DNA of 64,000 nucleotides from Candidatus Alkanophaga liquidiphilum (GCA_029259535.1 JAPHEF010000002.1:11308-75307), one strand, 5' to 3'. Numbered from the stretch's first letter, positions 29,068 to 40,586 are shown. The notes: a model not told the origin generated them from the letters alone. Translations and numbers: made by a program.

Positions 29068-30506
29068 ATGGAGGAGGCAGCATACCTACCATTGGTGTTG
29101 ATCCTGACGCCAGCGGTCGCAGGATGCTTGGCGCCGCTCATCGGCAAGGTCTCCGAAAAGGGCAGGGACGCATTTTCGGTGCTCATGGAAACATTGACGC
29201 TCTTGATTGCTGTTTATGCCGCTTACGTCTGTTTCTCGGGCGTGGCGGGCGGTGTTGGCATCTGGGACTTTGCGCTGGACAGACTCAGTGCGCTCATCGC
29301 GCTGACAGTAACGATTCTCGGCTTCGCTGCAACGCTTTATTCCATTCATTATATCTCAGAAGAACCTCACCTTAACCGGTATTATGCATGCCTGCACTTC
29401 TTCGTCGCCGGGATGCTCGGCATGGTGCTTACGCAGAACGTCGCCTTCATGTATGTCTTCCTTGAGATTATGACGGTCGCTTCTTGCGTGCTCGTCGCCC
29501 ACCGCACCTACAAGGAGGCGGCGGAGGCTGGCTACAAATATATCGTGCTCTGCACCATTGGTGCGCTTTTCGTGCTACTTGGCGTTGCGCTCACTTATCA
29601 GCACTTCGGCACGCTGAGCCTAGTGGCGGTGGAGAAGTGGCGGCTGCTGACGGCGTAGTTCCGATGTTCATCGCTTTGAGCATAATCTTTGGCTTCGGTT
29701 TGAAGGCGGGCATAGTGCCGCTGCACGCTTGGTTGCCGGATGCACACGCCGAGGCGCCGTCCTCGATAAGCTGCCTGCTTTCTGGCGCAATGATACACAC
29801 CGCCGCTTATGCGATGGCGAAGGTTCTTTTCTCGTTATTTGCGGCGGAAGCTTTCGGCATGATCGGATTGTTATTGGTGAGCTTTGGCGTTCTGAGCATG
29901 ATCGTCGGGACGATGCTAGCGCTCGTGCAGACGGACATGAAGCGGCTCCTCGCTTACTCAAGCGTCGACCAAATGGGTTTCATACTGCTGGGCTTCGGCT
30001 TAGGCTCCGTCCTCGGAGCGATAGGTGCGGCTTACCACATCCTCAGCCACTGCCTCGGCAAGGGGTTGTTGTTCCTTTCAGCGGGCGCAGTTATCAAGGC
30101 AACCGGCACTCGCAATTTCAGAGAACTCGGCGGGCTCTCCTCGAAGATGCCTGTCACTGCCGTCGTTTCGATGATCGCAGCGCTGTCACTCTCCGGTGTC
30201 CCGCCATTTTCAGGCTTTATCTCTGAGTTCTTGATTTGTAAAGCAGCGTTCGAGGCTGGGCATCCGATTCTCGTGCTCATCATGCTCATCGTGAGCGTGA
30301 CGACGCTCGCATATCTTTTGAGATTCTTGCACGCGACGTTCTTCGGCGAACCTAACGGAAGAAGCGAGACGGCAAAGGAGGCTCCTGCAAGCATGCTTGT
30401 CCCGATGGTCATACTGGCGGCGCTTTGCATCCTCTTTGGCATTTTCCCGACGCCGGTGATTGAATTTGTTCGTGTGGCATGTGCCACGCTGTTGGGAGGG
30501 GTGTAA
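29068..30506 (+). pseudogene. antiporter-like subunit (HyfB/MnhD/NuoM-like), frameshift near 29630
   Basis: EAGYKY in ORF 29059, then KAGIVPLHAWLPDAHAEAP and KRLLAYSS in ORF 29484. Confidence 0.85.
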
Positions 30507-30926
30507 ATGTTCGAGAAGCTCATAAAGCTCAGCCGGAAAAAGTCGCCGTGGGCATTCCATATGAATACAGGCTCATGTAACAACTGTGACATTGAGATCA
30601 TCGCCGCTTTGACGCCGAGGTTCGACGTCGAACGCTTTGGCATCCTGCTTGAAGGTTCGGCGAGGCATGCCGACATTTTACTCGTGACAGGCTTCGTTTC
30701 CAAGCAGAGCGTAAAGCGTCTGAAAAGGGTTTACGAGCAGACGCCGGAGCCAAAGCTCGTGGTCGCTGTCGGAGCCTGTGCGTGCAGCGGTGGCATCTTT
30801 AAAGACAGCTACAACATGGCTGGTCCCGTTGACAAGATAATCCCAGTGGATGTCTATATCGGTGGCTGCCCGCCGAGACCACAAGCGATTATTGATGGAA
30901 TAGTTGCGGCGTTGGAGAAGCTTTGA
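30507..30926 (+). CDS. group 4 [NiFe]-hydrogenase small subunit (HyfI/EchC/NuoB-like)
   Basis: GSCNNCDIE, GACACSGG, GCPPRP. Confidence 0.92.
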   Translation: MFEKLIKLSRKKSPWAFHMNTGSCNNCDIEIIAALTPRFDVERFGILLEGSARHADILLVTGFVSKQSVKRLKRVYEQTPEPKLVVAVGACACSGGIFKDSYNMAGPVDKIIPVDVYIGGCPPRPQAIIDGIVAALEKL

Positions 30927-30946
30927 GCTAAGTAGGAGGTATAGAA

Positions 30947-32840
30947 ATGGACGTGATAACCGCAGCAATACTCGCAATTGCAATCCCGTTTGTGTTTGCG
31001 GCAATAGCTCCCGCCCTAAGCAAGGCGAGTCCGAAGCTTCAGGGCTGGCTCGCCACGGTTGGCATCTTGATCTCGGCGGTGCTCGTCGCTTGGATCACGC
31101 CCGCAGTCCTCAGGGCTAAGGGGCCGATAGTTGCGAGCTATGCATGGATACCACAGGCAGGCGTGCATTTCGCTCTTTACCTCGACCCTTTGGGCATTCT
31201 TCTCGCCTTGATTGCCTCGGGCTTCGGCTTCCTCGCCTTGCTCTATTCCGTAGACGACATGGAGCACGAGCACGGGCTTGGTCGCTACTATATGTGGATG
31301 CTGATGTTCATAGGTTCGATGGTCGGGCTCGTGCTCGCTGGCGACCTTCTCCTACTGTTCGTCTTCTGGGAGATGACCTCGCTGACATCTTATGGGCTCA
31401 TAGGCTTCTACAAGGAGAGACGTGAGGACGTGAGTGCTGCACTTAAAGCCTTTGTGCTGACGCACGTCGGCGGCATCTTTCTGTTATTCGGCATCTTCAT
31501 CGCGTATTTGAACACTGGAACTTTCCTGTTTTCGGACATTGCGGCGAAAGGCTTTCCTGTTGGCAAAGAATTCTGGGCAGGCGTCGCCATTGCTTCGTTC
31601 CTCATTGGCGCAATCGCAAAATCCGTGCAGTTTCCAATGCACAACTGGCTGCCGAGCGCTACCGTTGCACCTTCTGCCGTCACGGCGTTGCTTCATGCGG
31701 CGGCGATGGTCAAAGCTGGCGTCTATCTCGTTGCAAGAATGTATACGTTGTTTCCAGAGTTCATGGCAGCATCATGGCATCTCGTGGTCGTGCTTATAGG
31801 CGCTGTGACGATGGTAGTAGGCGTGATGAACGCCCTCGTGCAAACCGGACCTGAAGCGGCTTTTGGCATACCACACGATAAGCCAGATTGGCTACATGAT
31901 AACGGCGCTCGGCTTGGGCACGACGCTCGGCATCGCCGCCGGGCTTTTCCACTGTCTAAATCACGCAGTCTTCAAGGGCTGTCTATTTTTGTGCGCTGGC
32001 GCTCTAATTTACGCAACAGGCTCCAGAAGCCTCGACGACTACGGTGGGCTTGCAAAGAACATGCCGGTGACCGCATTCGCCCTCATCGTGGCAGCAGCTT
32101 CCATTTCGGGCATTCCGCCGTTTAACGGCTTCGTGAGCAAGTGGTTGATCTACAGCGCGGCGATAGATGCTGGTTACGCATGGGCGGCAGTCGTCGCAAT
32201 GTTCGTGAGCGCAATGACGCTCGCTTCTTTCGTGAAGGTTGTTCACTCAGCGCTCTTCGGACCACAGCCAAAGCGGCTTAAAGACGTAAAGGAAGTGCCG
32301 CCGACCATGCAGGCTACGCTCATAGTTTTGGCACTGGCGTGCATAATTTTCGGAATTGTGCCGAAGCTCCCGCTAATGATAATAGGGTCTGCAGCAGCAG
32401 CTCTCGTCCCCGGAGGTATAACGGCTACGTATTTCGGCGTTATCACCGAAATCGGGATTTGGGTGCCAACGGTGGCAACGCTCCTCATAATGGTAGGCAT
32501 GGTCGTGGGCGTGCTGCTGTATTACGCCGGCATGAGAGCTGCGCCGGAGAAGCCATCCGCCGAGAAGAAGCTTCCTTTCATCGGCGGTGAGGACATAGAC
32601 CCAGACGAGATGATTTTCTCGTCACACCACATGTTCACCGCCGTTAAGTCTTCGCTGAAGCCGTTCTACGGATTTGCGGGGCGTGGCGGCATGGACTTTG
32701 TGGACTACGGCTTTGCGGGTGTTATAGAAAGAGCATGCGATGCCTTTAGAAAGACACACACCGGCACTTTGCGCATGTATGTGCTCTGGTGTTTGATAAC
32801 GCTTGTAGTGTTAGCGTCGGTGCTGTTATGGTGGTCGTGA
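30947..32840 (+). pseudogene. NuoL/HyfD-like antiporter subunit, frameshift near 31846
   Basis: FWEMTS, KSVQFPMHNWLP..HAAAMVKAG, then DLKRLLAYHTISQ in another frame. Confidence 0.85.
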
Positions 32841-33304
32841 TGGCGGAAGACGTTGTTAAAAGGACTGCGGAGGAGATAAAGGAGCGGCTGAAGGGACATT
32901 TCATAGAATACGAGCTGAAGCCGTTTGCTAAGGGGAAATGTGTCTTCATGAGGATAAGAAAGGAAGGGATAAGGGAAGCTGCTGAGATACTATCTAACGA
33001 GTTTAGTGCGAAATTGAATACGGTTTCGGCGGTGGAGCATGCCTCCTTTTTCGAGATAATCTATCATTTTTCGCTGTGTGAGCGTGGCGTTCTCGTGAAT
33101 CTGCGGGTAGAGATAGCAAAGGATGAAAGTATGGACTCGATAACGCCGCTAATTCCGGGGGCGAGCTTCATAGAGCGGGAGATTCATGACCTCTTTGGCG
33201 TGCGTTTCGAAGGGCACCCAGACCCCAGGAGGCTCATACTGCCGGATGATTGGCCTGAGGGGGTATGTCCGCTGAGGAAGAGCTATAAGTTAGAAAGGAG
33301 GTGA
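32840..33304 (+). CDS. NuoC/EchD-like subunit
   Basis: EREIHDLFGVRFEGHPDPRRLILPDDWP..PLRK. Confidence 0.9.
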   Translation: MAEDVVKRTAEEIKERLKGHFIEYELKPFAKGKCVFMRIRKEGIREAAEILSNEFSAKLNTVSAVEHASFFEIIYHFSLCERGVLVNLRVEIAKDESMDSITPLIPGASFIEREIHDLFGVRFEGHPDPRRLILPDDWPEGVCPLRKSYKLERR

Positions 33305-33308
33305 GAGC

Positions 33309-34489
33309 GTGCCGAGATTTGCGACAGTTCCGATCGGACCTTATCACCCGGCATTAAAAGAGCAGGAGCTTTTCAAGTTAAAAGTGGACGGCGAAACCGT
33401 TGTGGATGTGGACATAAGGATAGGATATAACCATAGGGGCATCGAAAAGCTCTCAGAAAGCATGACTTATCATCAGATAACGTTTCTCGTGGAGAGGATT
33501 TGTGGGATTTGCTCTAACATTCATCCTTTGTGTTACGTGCAAGCAGCAGAAGCTATCGCGGGCATCGAGCCGCCCGAACGTGCTTTATACATAAGGACGG
33601 TCATCGAAGAGCTGGAGCGAATACACAGCCACCTCCTCTGGCTGGGCATTGGCGCTCATATTATCGGCTTCGACACGCTTTTCATGTGGGTCTGGAAAAT
33701 CAGAGAGCCCGTTCTCGATATCTTTGAGATGGTTTGCGGAAACAGGCAGACGTATGCAATGATGAAAATCGGTGGCGTTCGCAGGGACATAAAGGAGGAG
33801 CACAGGCCAATGATTTTGAAAATTATGGATGAGACGGAACGTGCTGTGAAGAACATAATAGACATGGTGCTGGAAGACCCAGTGGCGAGGGCGCGGCTCG
33901 AAGATGTAGGCGTGCTCACAAAAGAAGATGCTCGTAGGTATTGCACTGTAGGTCCAACGGCAAGAGGCTCTGGATTGAAGATTGACGTGAGGAAAGACCA
34001 TCCACATGCCGCATACGACCTCGTAGATTTCAAAGTTCCGGTGATGACCGAGGGCGATGTGTTCGCAAAGACCGTCGTGCGGCTCGAGGAGGTTTTAGAG
34101 GCAGTAAGCATAGTCAAGCAGGCGTTAGATGTGATGCCGCATGGAGAAATTGCGACGGAGTTCAAAGAGATGCCGCCGGGTAAGGGCGTCGGGATGGCGG
34201 AGGCGCCCCGTGGCGAGGACATACATTACGTGAAGTCGAACGGCACGAACATGCCAAAACGCCACAAGATAAGGGCGCCGTCATACGTGAATATCCCATC
34301 GCTGAAGCCGCAGCTCATCGGCTATGAGGGGTCGCCGACGCCCCGATAATAATAGCGGCGATCGACCCGTGTTTCAGCTGCACCGACCGCATCACCATCG
34401 TCGACCCGAGCGGCGGGAAGCCGAAAACGCTAAGCTGGGACGCTCTCGTTTACCTCTCTCGGAAAAAATCAAGGAGGTGCGTGCGTTGA
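33309..34489 (+). pseudogene. group 4 [NiFe]-hydrogenase large subunit, frameshift near 34328
   Basis: L1 motif ERICGIC; L2 motif IDPCFSCTDR out of frame after a GGGG run. Confidence 0.85.
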
Positions 34490-35427
34490 ACGCTGGAGTA
34501 GTGTTACTGAATCTTTTAGTATATCCGGGCTTCATATTCACCGCAGTCGTAGGTTTGTTGTTCCTCTGGCTGGTGAGGAAGCTGTTGGCGAGGTTCCAGT
34601 GGCGGGTCGGTCCGCCAATATATCAAACGTTTGCGGATGTCATCAAGTTGCTGTCTAAGGAGAGTGTAGTCCCAGAGAGTGCAAATAAATTTATGTTTGT
34701 TACGGCGCCGGTGCTGGCGCTAGCAGCGGTCACGCTCGCAATGCTGCTGATTCCCGTCGGCGCAAAGAATCCGGCTCTCGGCTTCCTCGGCGACGTTATA
34801 GTTTTAATTTACTTACTGACGATTCCAAGCGTTGCGATCATAATCGGCGGGTCGTCGTCGGCAAACCCGTTCGGGGCGATCGGCGCATCGAGGGAAATAA
34901 GCTTAACGATTGCATACGAGCTTGGTTTGGTGCTTTCCGTCCTGACGTTGTGCGTTGATGTCAACTCCCTGCTCATGGAGAGCGTCACGGGCTTCAACTT
35001 CCTGAGGTATCCGCTTGCCGCCGTCGCCCTTTTCATCTGCGTCGTTGCAAAGCTTGGGATTACGCCCTTCGACATTCCAGAAGCGAAGACTGAAATCATG
35101 GCAGGTCCTTACACCGAGTATTCAGGAAGGCTTCTTGGGATTTTCAAGCTGACGCATGCGATGCTGCTGTTTGCGCTGAGTAGTCTTTTTGTCTCGCTGT
35201 TCTTCGCAGGACCGTTCACCGGGAACTACGTGGTAGACGTGCTCGTGCATCTCGTGAAATGCGTGCTCGTGGTCGTCGTCATCGCCGTGGTTGCGGCTGC
35301 GAACCCGAGGCTGCGAATCGACCAAGCCTTGAGGTTCTTCTGGGGATTTGTGTTCGTGCTGGCGCTTATTGATTTTATGAGGGCGTTAATTCCGGTGCTG
35401 GGGTGGTGGCATGAAGCTGCCTTATAA
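34486..35427 (+). CDS. NuoH/HyfC-like membrane subunit
   Basis: RVGPP..ADVIKLLSKE, PFDIPEA..EYSG, PRLRIDQ. Confidence 0.9.
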   Translation: MNAGVVLLNLLVYPGFIFTAVVGLLFLWLVRKLLARFQWRVGPPIYQTFADVIKLLSKESVVPESANKFMFVTAPVLALAAVTLAMLLIPVGAKNPALGFLGDVIVLIYLLTIPSVAIIIGGSSSANPFGAIGASREISLTIAYELGLVLSVLTLCVDVNSLLMESVTGFNFLRYPLAAVALFICVVAKLGITPFDIPEAKTEIMAGPYTEYSGRLLGIFKLTHAMLLFALSSLFVSLFFAGPFTGNYVVDVLVHLVKCVLVVVVIAVVAAANPRLRIDQALRFFWGFVFVLALIDFMRALIPVLGWWHEAAL

Positions 35428-36022
35428 AATACGGGAGTTTGCTGAAGCCGTAAGGTCGAGTTTGAGTAGCCCTTACACCGTTCGTTATCCCTTTGAGCCG
35501 TCGCCGGCGCCTGAGGGCTTTAGGGGCAAGCCGCAGTTCGACGAGGCGAAGTGCATGGGCTGCGGCGCCTGCGTCGAAGGCTGCCCGACGGGCGCTCTCA
35601 CTCTGACAGATGAGGGTAACGTCAGAATCATAGAGCTTTTCTACGGACGCTGCATCATGTGCGGGCAATGTGTTGAAAGATGTCCGGTCGAAGCGATAAA
35701 GCTGACGACAGAATACAGCATTGTTTATACTGCAAAGGAAGAAGCGCTGACGTCAATCCGGCGGACGCTGGTGTGTTGTGAGATTTGTGGCACGCCGATA
35801 ACCACGTTGGAACACCTAAAATGGATAACAGAGAAACTTGGGGAATTAGCGTTGAGCAACTCGACGCTCGTGGCGGTTATGCAGGATTTAGCCTTGGGTA
35901 AGACGCCGACGAGGGCGCCGAAGGCGAAGGAAATCGACAGGAGCGACATCATCCGCGTGCTCTGCCATAAGTGCCGGCGGAGAGCCATGGCTGTGGACCA
36001 CGGCTGGAGAGCCAAATATTAG
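35411..36022 (+). CDS. NuoI/HyfH-like 2x[4Fe-4S] subunit
   Basis: CMGCGACVEGCP, CIMCGQCVERCP, extra CEIC..CHKC. Confidence 0.9.
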   Translation: MKLPYKIREFAEAVRSSLSSPYTVRYPFEPSPAPEGFRGKPQFDEAKCMGCGACVEGCPTGALTLTDEGNVRIIELFYGRCIMCGQCVERCPVEAIKLTTEYSIVYTAKEEALTSIRRTLVCCEICGTPITTLEHLKWITEKLGELALSNSTLVAVMQDLALGKTPTRAPKAKEIDRSDIIRVLCHKCRRRAMAVDHGWRAKY

Positions 36023-36080
36023 TTGCTAACGCTGCTACACGACTTAGTTGTGATAAAAGCCTTCCCTCCCTATTTTTAAT

Positions 36081-36743
36081 TTATATGCTTCCCAAATTCG
36101 CCTCTCCCTTCCACAACTCGATTTGTTCACAACTCAGAGCGAGGAGCCTCAGCTCAAACCTAAAGCTTTGCTCGTCGTATTCAAAAACGCCGTCCGCAAC
36201 GATTTTCTCCCCTTCGTCCAGCGTTTCGGTCACGCTGGCGTTTGCCATGACTCTCAGCTCGGCTCCACCGCCTTCCAAGTAGAACACATTCGTGTAGAGC
36301 CTTGAGACTGTGCCGACAACACGCACTCGCTCGCCGACGTATTTCTGCGGCAACGCCGCCAGCTGCGGCACGAATACAACTTCGCTCGAATTCAGCAGTT
36401 CTACGCGGTCTGCGGACGTTAAAATTTCGTGTTCGCCCTCGTAGAGCCTGACGACGCCTACGACGCTCACCTCAGAGCCGTAGCCTATATCAAGCCCCTC
36501 GCCGCCCCTCACGAAGACATCAACGGAAGAGCCGTTGCGCCGCAGCGTCAGCACGCAAGAACCCCCGCTCACGATACGGACATCGGAAACAACTCCCTCA
36601 ACATCCACGTATTTACCCTCATAATTCGGTATTTCCTCTATTCCTACTTTCACGGGGGCGACGAGCGTCGAAATCCAGTAAAGAAAAATTATTCCTACAA
36701 CGGAAAATGCGACGACAAGCTTACTGATTGCGGAGGGGTTCAT
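36081..36743 (-). CDS. membrane-anchored tandem OB-fold protein
   Basis: N-terminal TM, YEGKYVDVEGVV..VGVVRLYEGEHEI, second OB repeat. Confidence 0.7.
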   Translation of the reverse strand: MNPSAISKLVVAFSVVGIIFLYWISTLVAPVKVGIEEIPNYEGKYVDVEGVVSDVRIVSGGSCVLTLRRNGSSVDVFVRGGEGLDIGYGSEVSVVGVVRLYEGEHEILTSADRVELLNSSEVVFVPQLAALPQKYVGERVRVVGTVSRLYTNVFYLEGGGAELRVMANASVTETLDEGEKIVADGVFEYDEQSFRFELRLLALSCEQIELWKGEANLGSI

Positions 36744-36795
36744 ACTGAAATCTCTTTCCGAAAACTTCTTAAAATGTCTCGTCTCATGAATTTCG

Positions 36796-37023
36796 ATGCC
36801 GCGGTATTTAGTAGAGGGAGAGTTCCGGGCAAGCAAGAAATGGCAGAAGTTCCGTAAGGAGGTGGAAAGCCTTAGTGAGAAGCTTGCTATCGAGAAAGTC
36901 CTTTCGATAATGGGGAGCAAGCACCGCCTCAAGCGAAATATGATACGAATAAAAAGCGTCGTTCAGCAAGGGAGCGACGGCGAGGCAACAAGCTCCATGA
37001 GTATGGCATCCTCGTCTTCGTAG
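36796..37023 (+). CDS. rpl18a: 50S ribosomal protein L18Ae/LX
   Basis: KFRKEV..EKVLSIMGSKHRLKR. Confidence 0.88.
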   Translation: MPRYLVEGEFRASKKWQKFRKEVESLSEKLAIEKVLSIMGSKHRLKRNMIRIKSVVQQGSDGEATSSMSMASSSS

Positions 37024-37394
37024 TATCTCGGCGCCCTCCCGACACGCCTGAACCCCAATTTTTCGTAGAACCTCTGCGCACCTATGTTGCTCTCTCGCAC
37101 TTCCACGAACGCCCTTCCTCCCGAGGATCTCAGCACCGCCCTCACAAGGCTCGTGCCTATGCCACGGCGGCGATGCTCCCTCGCTACTGCTATCGAAATT
37201 ATGTGCCCATCGTCGTCGAAAAGGACATAGCCCCGAACCTCGCCGCTCTCGTCGTCTTCGTAAACTAAAAAGTTGTCGGGGATTGTTTTTGCATAATATA
37301 GAAACGTGTATCTGCTGTAAGCCGATTTTGGGAATGCGTCTCGCTCTATTTCAAGGATTCTCGGCAAGTCTTCCCTTCGAAACCTCCTAATCAT
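36963..37394 (-). CDS. rimI: RimI-family N-acetyltransferase
   Basis: HIISIAV..RRRGIG, EVRESN..FYEKLGF, YYEDEDA. Confidence 0.88.
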   Translation of the reverse strand: MIRRFRREDLPRILEIERDAFPKSAYSRYTFLYYAKTIPDNFLVYEDDESGEVRGYVLFDDDGHIISIAVAREHRRRGIGTSLVRAVLRSSGGRAFVEVRESNIGAQRFYEKLGFRRVGRAPRYYEDEDAILMELVASPSLPC

Positions 37395-38667
37395 CTCGGT
37401 CTAAGTTGAACAGCGAAAGCATCAAAAATTTTGTGTAGTTCAGCAAGTCTTCGAGGCGGACATTTTCGTTGGGAGCGTGCGCATTGCTCTCGACGGAGCG
37501 TCCGACGCCGAACGCACATGCCTTCTGCCCCGTCTTCTGAACGGCGTAAGCGACATCTAAACTCCCTTGCACTCCGATGACATCCATTTCTCTGCGGAAA
37601 GCCGCTGAAGCGTTCCGCCGCACCTCCCTCACGAAGCTCTCGCTTGGTTCTGTGAACATCGGCGGATAAAGGGGCTTAAACCGCCATCTCGCCCGTATCC
37701 CGTGCTTCTCAGTCGCCTTTTTGAAACACTCCTCAAGCTCCCGTAAAACTTCCTCAAGCCGCTCCTCCGGGAGATATCTGCGGTCGCCCCGCAGCTCGCA
37801 ACGCTCAGGGACCACGTTCTCCTTAATACCCGCATTTATCATCGTGACGTTAAACACCGCCCGCATGCGTTCGACGCCCGCAAGCTCCCTCAAAAACTGG
37901 CTACAAGGAATTTTCGAGGTTCGCCGCTCAACGACTCCCTTCAGCCGCAACAGCTCGTTCAGTAGCAAGTTCGCCTTCTCTATGGCGTTTTCCCCTATAA
38001 AAGAGAATGAACTATGGCAGGACCTGCCAAAAACCCTCGCTTCCCAGACAATAACGCCGTTCGTCGCCACGCAGACGCCATCGTTGTCCCCATCCATGCA
38101 TAAAAAGTATTTCCCGGTGAGGAACCCTGCATCCGCAAGATAGCAAAGCCCCGAATACGGGCCCACCTCCTCATCAGTAGTCAAAGCTACCTCCAAATCG
38201 TATTTCTGCTCAAGTTCTAACTCCTCAGTAATGCTTAGTGCCGTTAAAAGGCATGCCACCGCACCCTTAGAATCAGCGACGCCACGCCCGTAAATCTTAT
38301 CATCACGCACCGTCGCCTCGAAAGGGTCAGTGCGCCAGCCGCCGCCCGCAGGCACGACGTCCAAATGCGTATAAATAGTAAGGCGCTCTCTCGCTTTCGT
38401 GCCGCCCGTGACGTCACGCCGAGCCAGCAGGTTCACCCGCTCGCCCCGCAGGCACTCCTGCTTCTGCCTCACCTCGTAAACGTCCTGCGGCATTTTAATC
38501 TTCTCGCATTTAAAACCAAGAGCCCCCAATCCCGAAATAAGAAAATCCACAATCTCCTCATAATTCTCGCCCGGCGGCACGTCCGTCCGAATCGCTACGA
38601 GCTCTTTCAGCAAATTTAGCAACTCGTCCTCCCTCTTTTTTATTTCCTCATTTATTTGCATCGGCAT
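37387..38667 (-). CDS. M20 ArgE/DapE-family metallopeptidase/deacylase
   Basis: [24 protein letters not shown]. Confidence 0.88.
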   Translation of the reverse strand: MPMQINEEIKKREDELLNLLKELVAIRTDVPPGENYEEIVDFLISGLGALGFKCEKIKMPQDVYEVRQKQECLRGERVNLLARRDVTGGTKARERLTIYTHLDVVPAGGGWRTDPFEATVRDDKIYGRGVADSKGAVACLLTALSITEELELEQKYDLEVALTTDEEVGPYSGLCYLADAGFLTGKYFLCMDGDNDGVCVATNGVIVWEARVFGRSCHSSFSFIGENAIEKANLLLNELLRLKGVVERRTSKIPCSQFLRELAGVERMRAVFNVTMINAGIKENVVPERCELRGDRRYLPEERLEEVLRELEECFKKATEKHGIRARWRFKPLYPPMFTEPSESFVREVRRNASAAFRREMDVIGVQGSLDVAYAVQKTGQKACAFGVGRSVESNAHAPNENVRLEDLLNYTKFLMLSLFNLDRDD

Positions 38668-38781
38668 GTAGCTACTTTGATGCCCAATTATCTTGTAGTT
38701 AGCGCTTGCAGCAGGGAGTTTCAATTCTCTCAACGTCACGAACACAATATTTATATATCTGCATCGCTTCAGGGAAAAGTG

Positions 38782-39150
38782 ATGCGGAGAAGGCGGCGAG
38801 TCTTAAGTAAGAACATCAGGACGGTGCGGTTGATAGAGGAGCTGAAGAAGAAGGCGAAGGAGGAAGGCGTGGCGCTCTGGAAGGATGTTGCGGAGCGTCT
38901 TGAAAAGCCACGCCGCAGATATGCGGAGGTGAACCTCAGTAAGATAAACAGGTATTCCAAGGACGACGAAATAATTTTAGTGCCCGGCAAGGTGCTGGGC
39001 AGCGGCAAGCTTGAGCGTAAGGTCGCAGTCGCCGCTCTCAGCTTCAGCAAAAGCGCTTATGAGAGCATAAACGCCGTCGGAAGGTGCATGAGCATAGAAG
39101 AACTCATGAAGGAGAATCCTGAGGGTTCAAACGTGCGGATAATAGCATAG
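38782..39150 (+). CDS. rpl18e: 50S ribosomal protein L18e
   Basis: [18 protein letters not shown]. Confidence 0.95.
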   Translation: MRRRRRVLSKNIRTVRLIEELKKKAKEEGVALWKDVAERLEKPRRRYAEVNLSKINRYSKDDEIILVPGKVLGSGKLERKVAVAALSFSKSAYESINAVGRCMSIEELMKENPEGSNVRIIA

Positions 39151-39160
39151 GGGTGCTGAG

Positions 39161-39628
39161 ATGGCAGATGCGGGCGAGGAGAAGGTAATAGATGCCGACG
39201 GGCACATCTTGGGTAGGTTGGCGAGTGTCGTTGCGAAGCGTCTGCTAAACGGCGAGTGGATTACGATAGTGAATGCTGAAAAGGCGGTGATTAGCGGCTC
39301 TCGCAAGATGGTGCTTGCCACTTATAAAAAAAAGTGGGACCGAGGGTCAAAAGAAAAGGGACCATATTTCCCAAGGATGCCGGATAGGATTTTAAGAAGA
39401 ACAATAAGGGGCATGCTTCCTTATAAACAAGCAAAGGGTAAGAAAGCGTTTTCAAGGCTCCGTGTTTATATAGGTGTGCCTGAGGAATATGTTGATAGAC
39501 CCAAAGAAAGGATTGAGGAGGCGGATATGGCAGGGCGGCTTATGCACTTGAAGTTTGTAAGGTTGGGAGAAGTTGCGGAGCATTTGGGATGGATGCCAAA
39601 GGAAGGAGCGTCCGAGCCGAGGGAGTAA
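39161..39628 (+). CDS. rpl13: 50S ribosomal protein L13
   Basis: ILGRLAS, RRTIRGMLPYK. Confidence 0.95.
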   Translation: MADAGEEKVIDADGHILGRLASVVAKRLLNGEWITIVNAEKAVISGSRKMVLATYKKKWDRGSKEKGPYFPRMPDRILRRTIRGMLPYKQAKGKKAFSRLRVYIGVPEEYVDRPKERIEEADMAGRLMHLKFVRLGEVAEHLGWMPKEGASEPRE

Positions 39629-39650
39629 TGGCACTAACTAAGCCGAAGGG

Positions 39651-40076
39651 GTGAGTGTGATGCCTCAGCGGATTGTAAACGCCGTAGGGAAGAAGAAGAC
39701 TGCGGTTGCAAGGGCGACGATAAAAGAGGGGCGAGGGGTAATAAGAATAAATAAAATGGCGCTCGACGCCATACAGCCGGAGGTGGTAAAGGAGAAGATT
39801 TTGGAGCCTATAATGATAGCGTCTGAGATTCTGGACGGAGATATGCCCAAGATTAATATAGAGGTGCGGGTGGAAGGTGGTGGCTTCATGGGGCGTGCCG
39901 AGGCGATAAGGACGGCAATCGCACGGGGGCTTGTGGAGTGGACTGGGAGTGAGACGCTTCGAGAGGCGTTCTTGCGATACGACAGAAACTTACTGATAAG
40001 CGACCCCCGAAGGAAGGAGCCAAAGAAATACGGCGGGCGTGGTGCGAGGGCGAGGCGACAGAAATCTTACAGGTGA
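39651..40076 (+). CDS. rps9: 30S ribosomal protein S9
   Basis: GKKKTAVARA, EPKKYGGRGARARRQKSYR. Confidence 0.95.
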   Translation: MSVMPQRIVNAVGKKKTAVARATIKEGRGVIRINKMALDAIQPEVVKEKILEPIMIASEILDGDMPKINIEVRVEGGGFMGRAEAIRTAIARGLVEWTGSETLREAFLRYDRNLLISDPRRKEPKKYGGRGARARRQKSYR

Positions 40077-40094
40077 GAACTTACAGGTGAGATT

Positions 40095-40283
40095 ATGATT
40101 CCGGTGCGGTGTTTCACGTGCGGCAAGGTCATTGCGGACGTCTGGGAAGAGTATAAGGCACGGACTGAACAAGGAGAAGACCCGAAAACAGTGCTTGACG
40201 AGCTTGGCGTTCGTAGATATTGCTGTAGGAGGATGTTGCTGACGCATGCAGAGTTAATAAATGAGATTGTTCCATATTTGTGA
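40095..40283 (+). CDS. rpoN: RNA polymerase subunit N (Rpo10)
   Basis: [18 protein letters not shown]. Confidence 0.97.
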   Translation: MIPVRCFTCGKVIADVWEEYKARTEQGEDPKTVLDELGVRRYCCRRMLLTHAELINEIVPYL

Positions 40284-40358
40284 GGGGTCGTGGGGTAGCC
40301 TGGACCATCCTTCGGCGTTCGGGACGCCGGGACCTGAGTTCGAATCTCAGCGACCCCA
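40284..40358 (+). tRNA. tRNA-Pro(CGG)
   Basis: GGGGTCG/CGACCCC acceptor stem, CGGCG-TTCGGGA-CGCCG anticodon arm, GTTCGAAT T-loop; CCA not encoded. Confidence 0.95.
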
Positions 40359-40387
40359 TCATTTACTCCTTTTGCGAGGTTTGCCGC

Positions 40388-40585
40388 TTGACTGGCGAGG
40401 AAAGTTATTTCAAAGGGAAATACACGAAGTATGAGAAGGCGAGGATAATCGGAGCGAGGGCGCTGCAAATCGCAATGGGGGCGCCCGTGCTCATCGAGAC
40501 CAACGAAACCGACCCTATCGAAAATGCGATTATGGAATTCAACCTGGGAGTGATACCAATCACTGTGCGGCGGCGGAAGCATTGA
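40388..40585 (+). CDS. rpoK: RNA polymerase subunit K (Rpo6)
   Basis: [22 protein letters not shown]; probable TTG start. Confidence 0.93.
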   Translation: MTGEESYFKGKYTKYEKARIIGARALQIAMGAPVLIETNETDPIENAIMEFNLGVIPITVRRRKH

Positions 40586-40586
40586 C

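Noticed and set aside
34325-34335. Programmed frameshifting in the hydrogenase large subunit
   Set aside because: No slippery heptamer or stimulator seen; one of many lesions in the operon
36963-37023. 61-bp convergent overlap of rpl18a and rimI
   Set aside because: Probably neutral stop-codon drift; short convergent overlaps are common in this compact window
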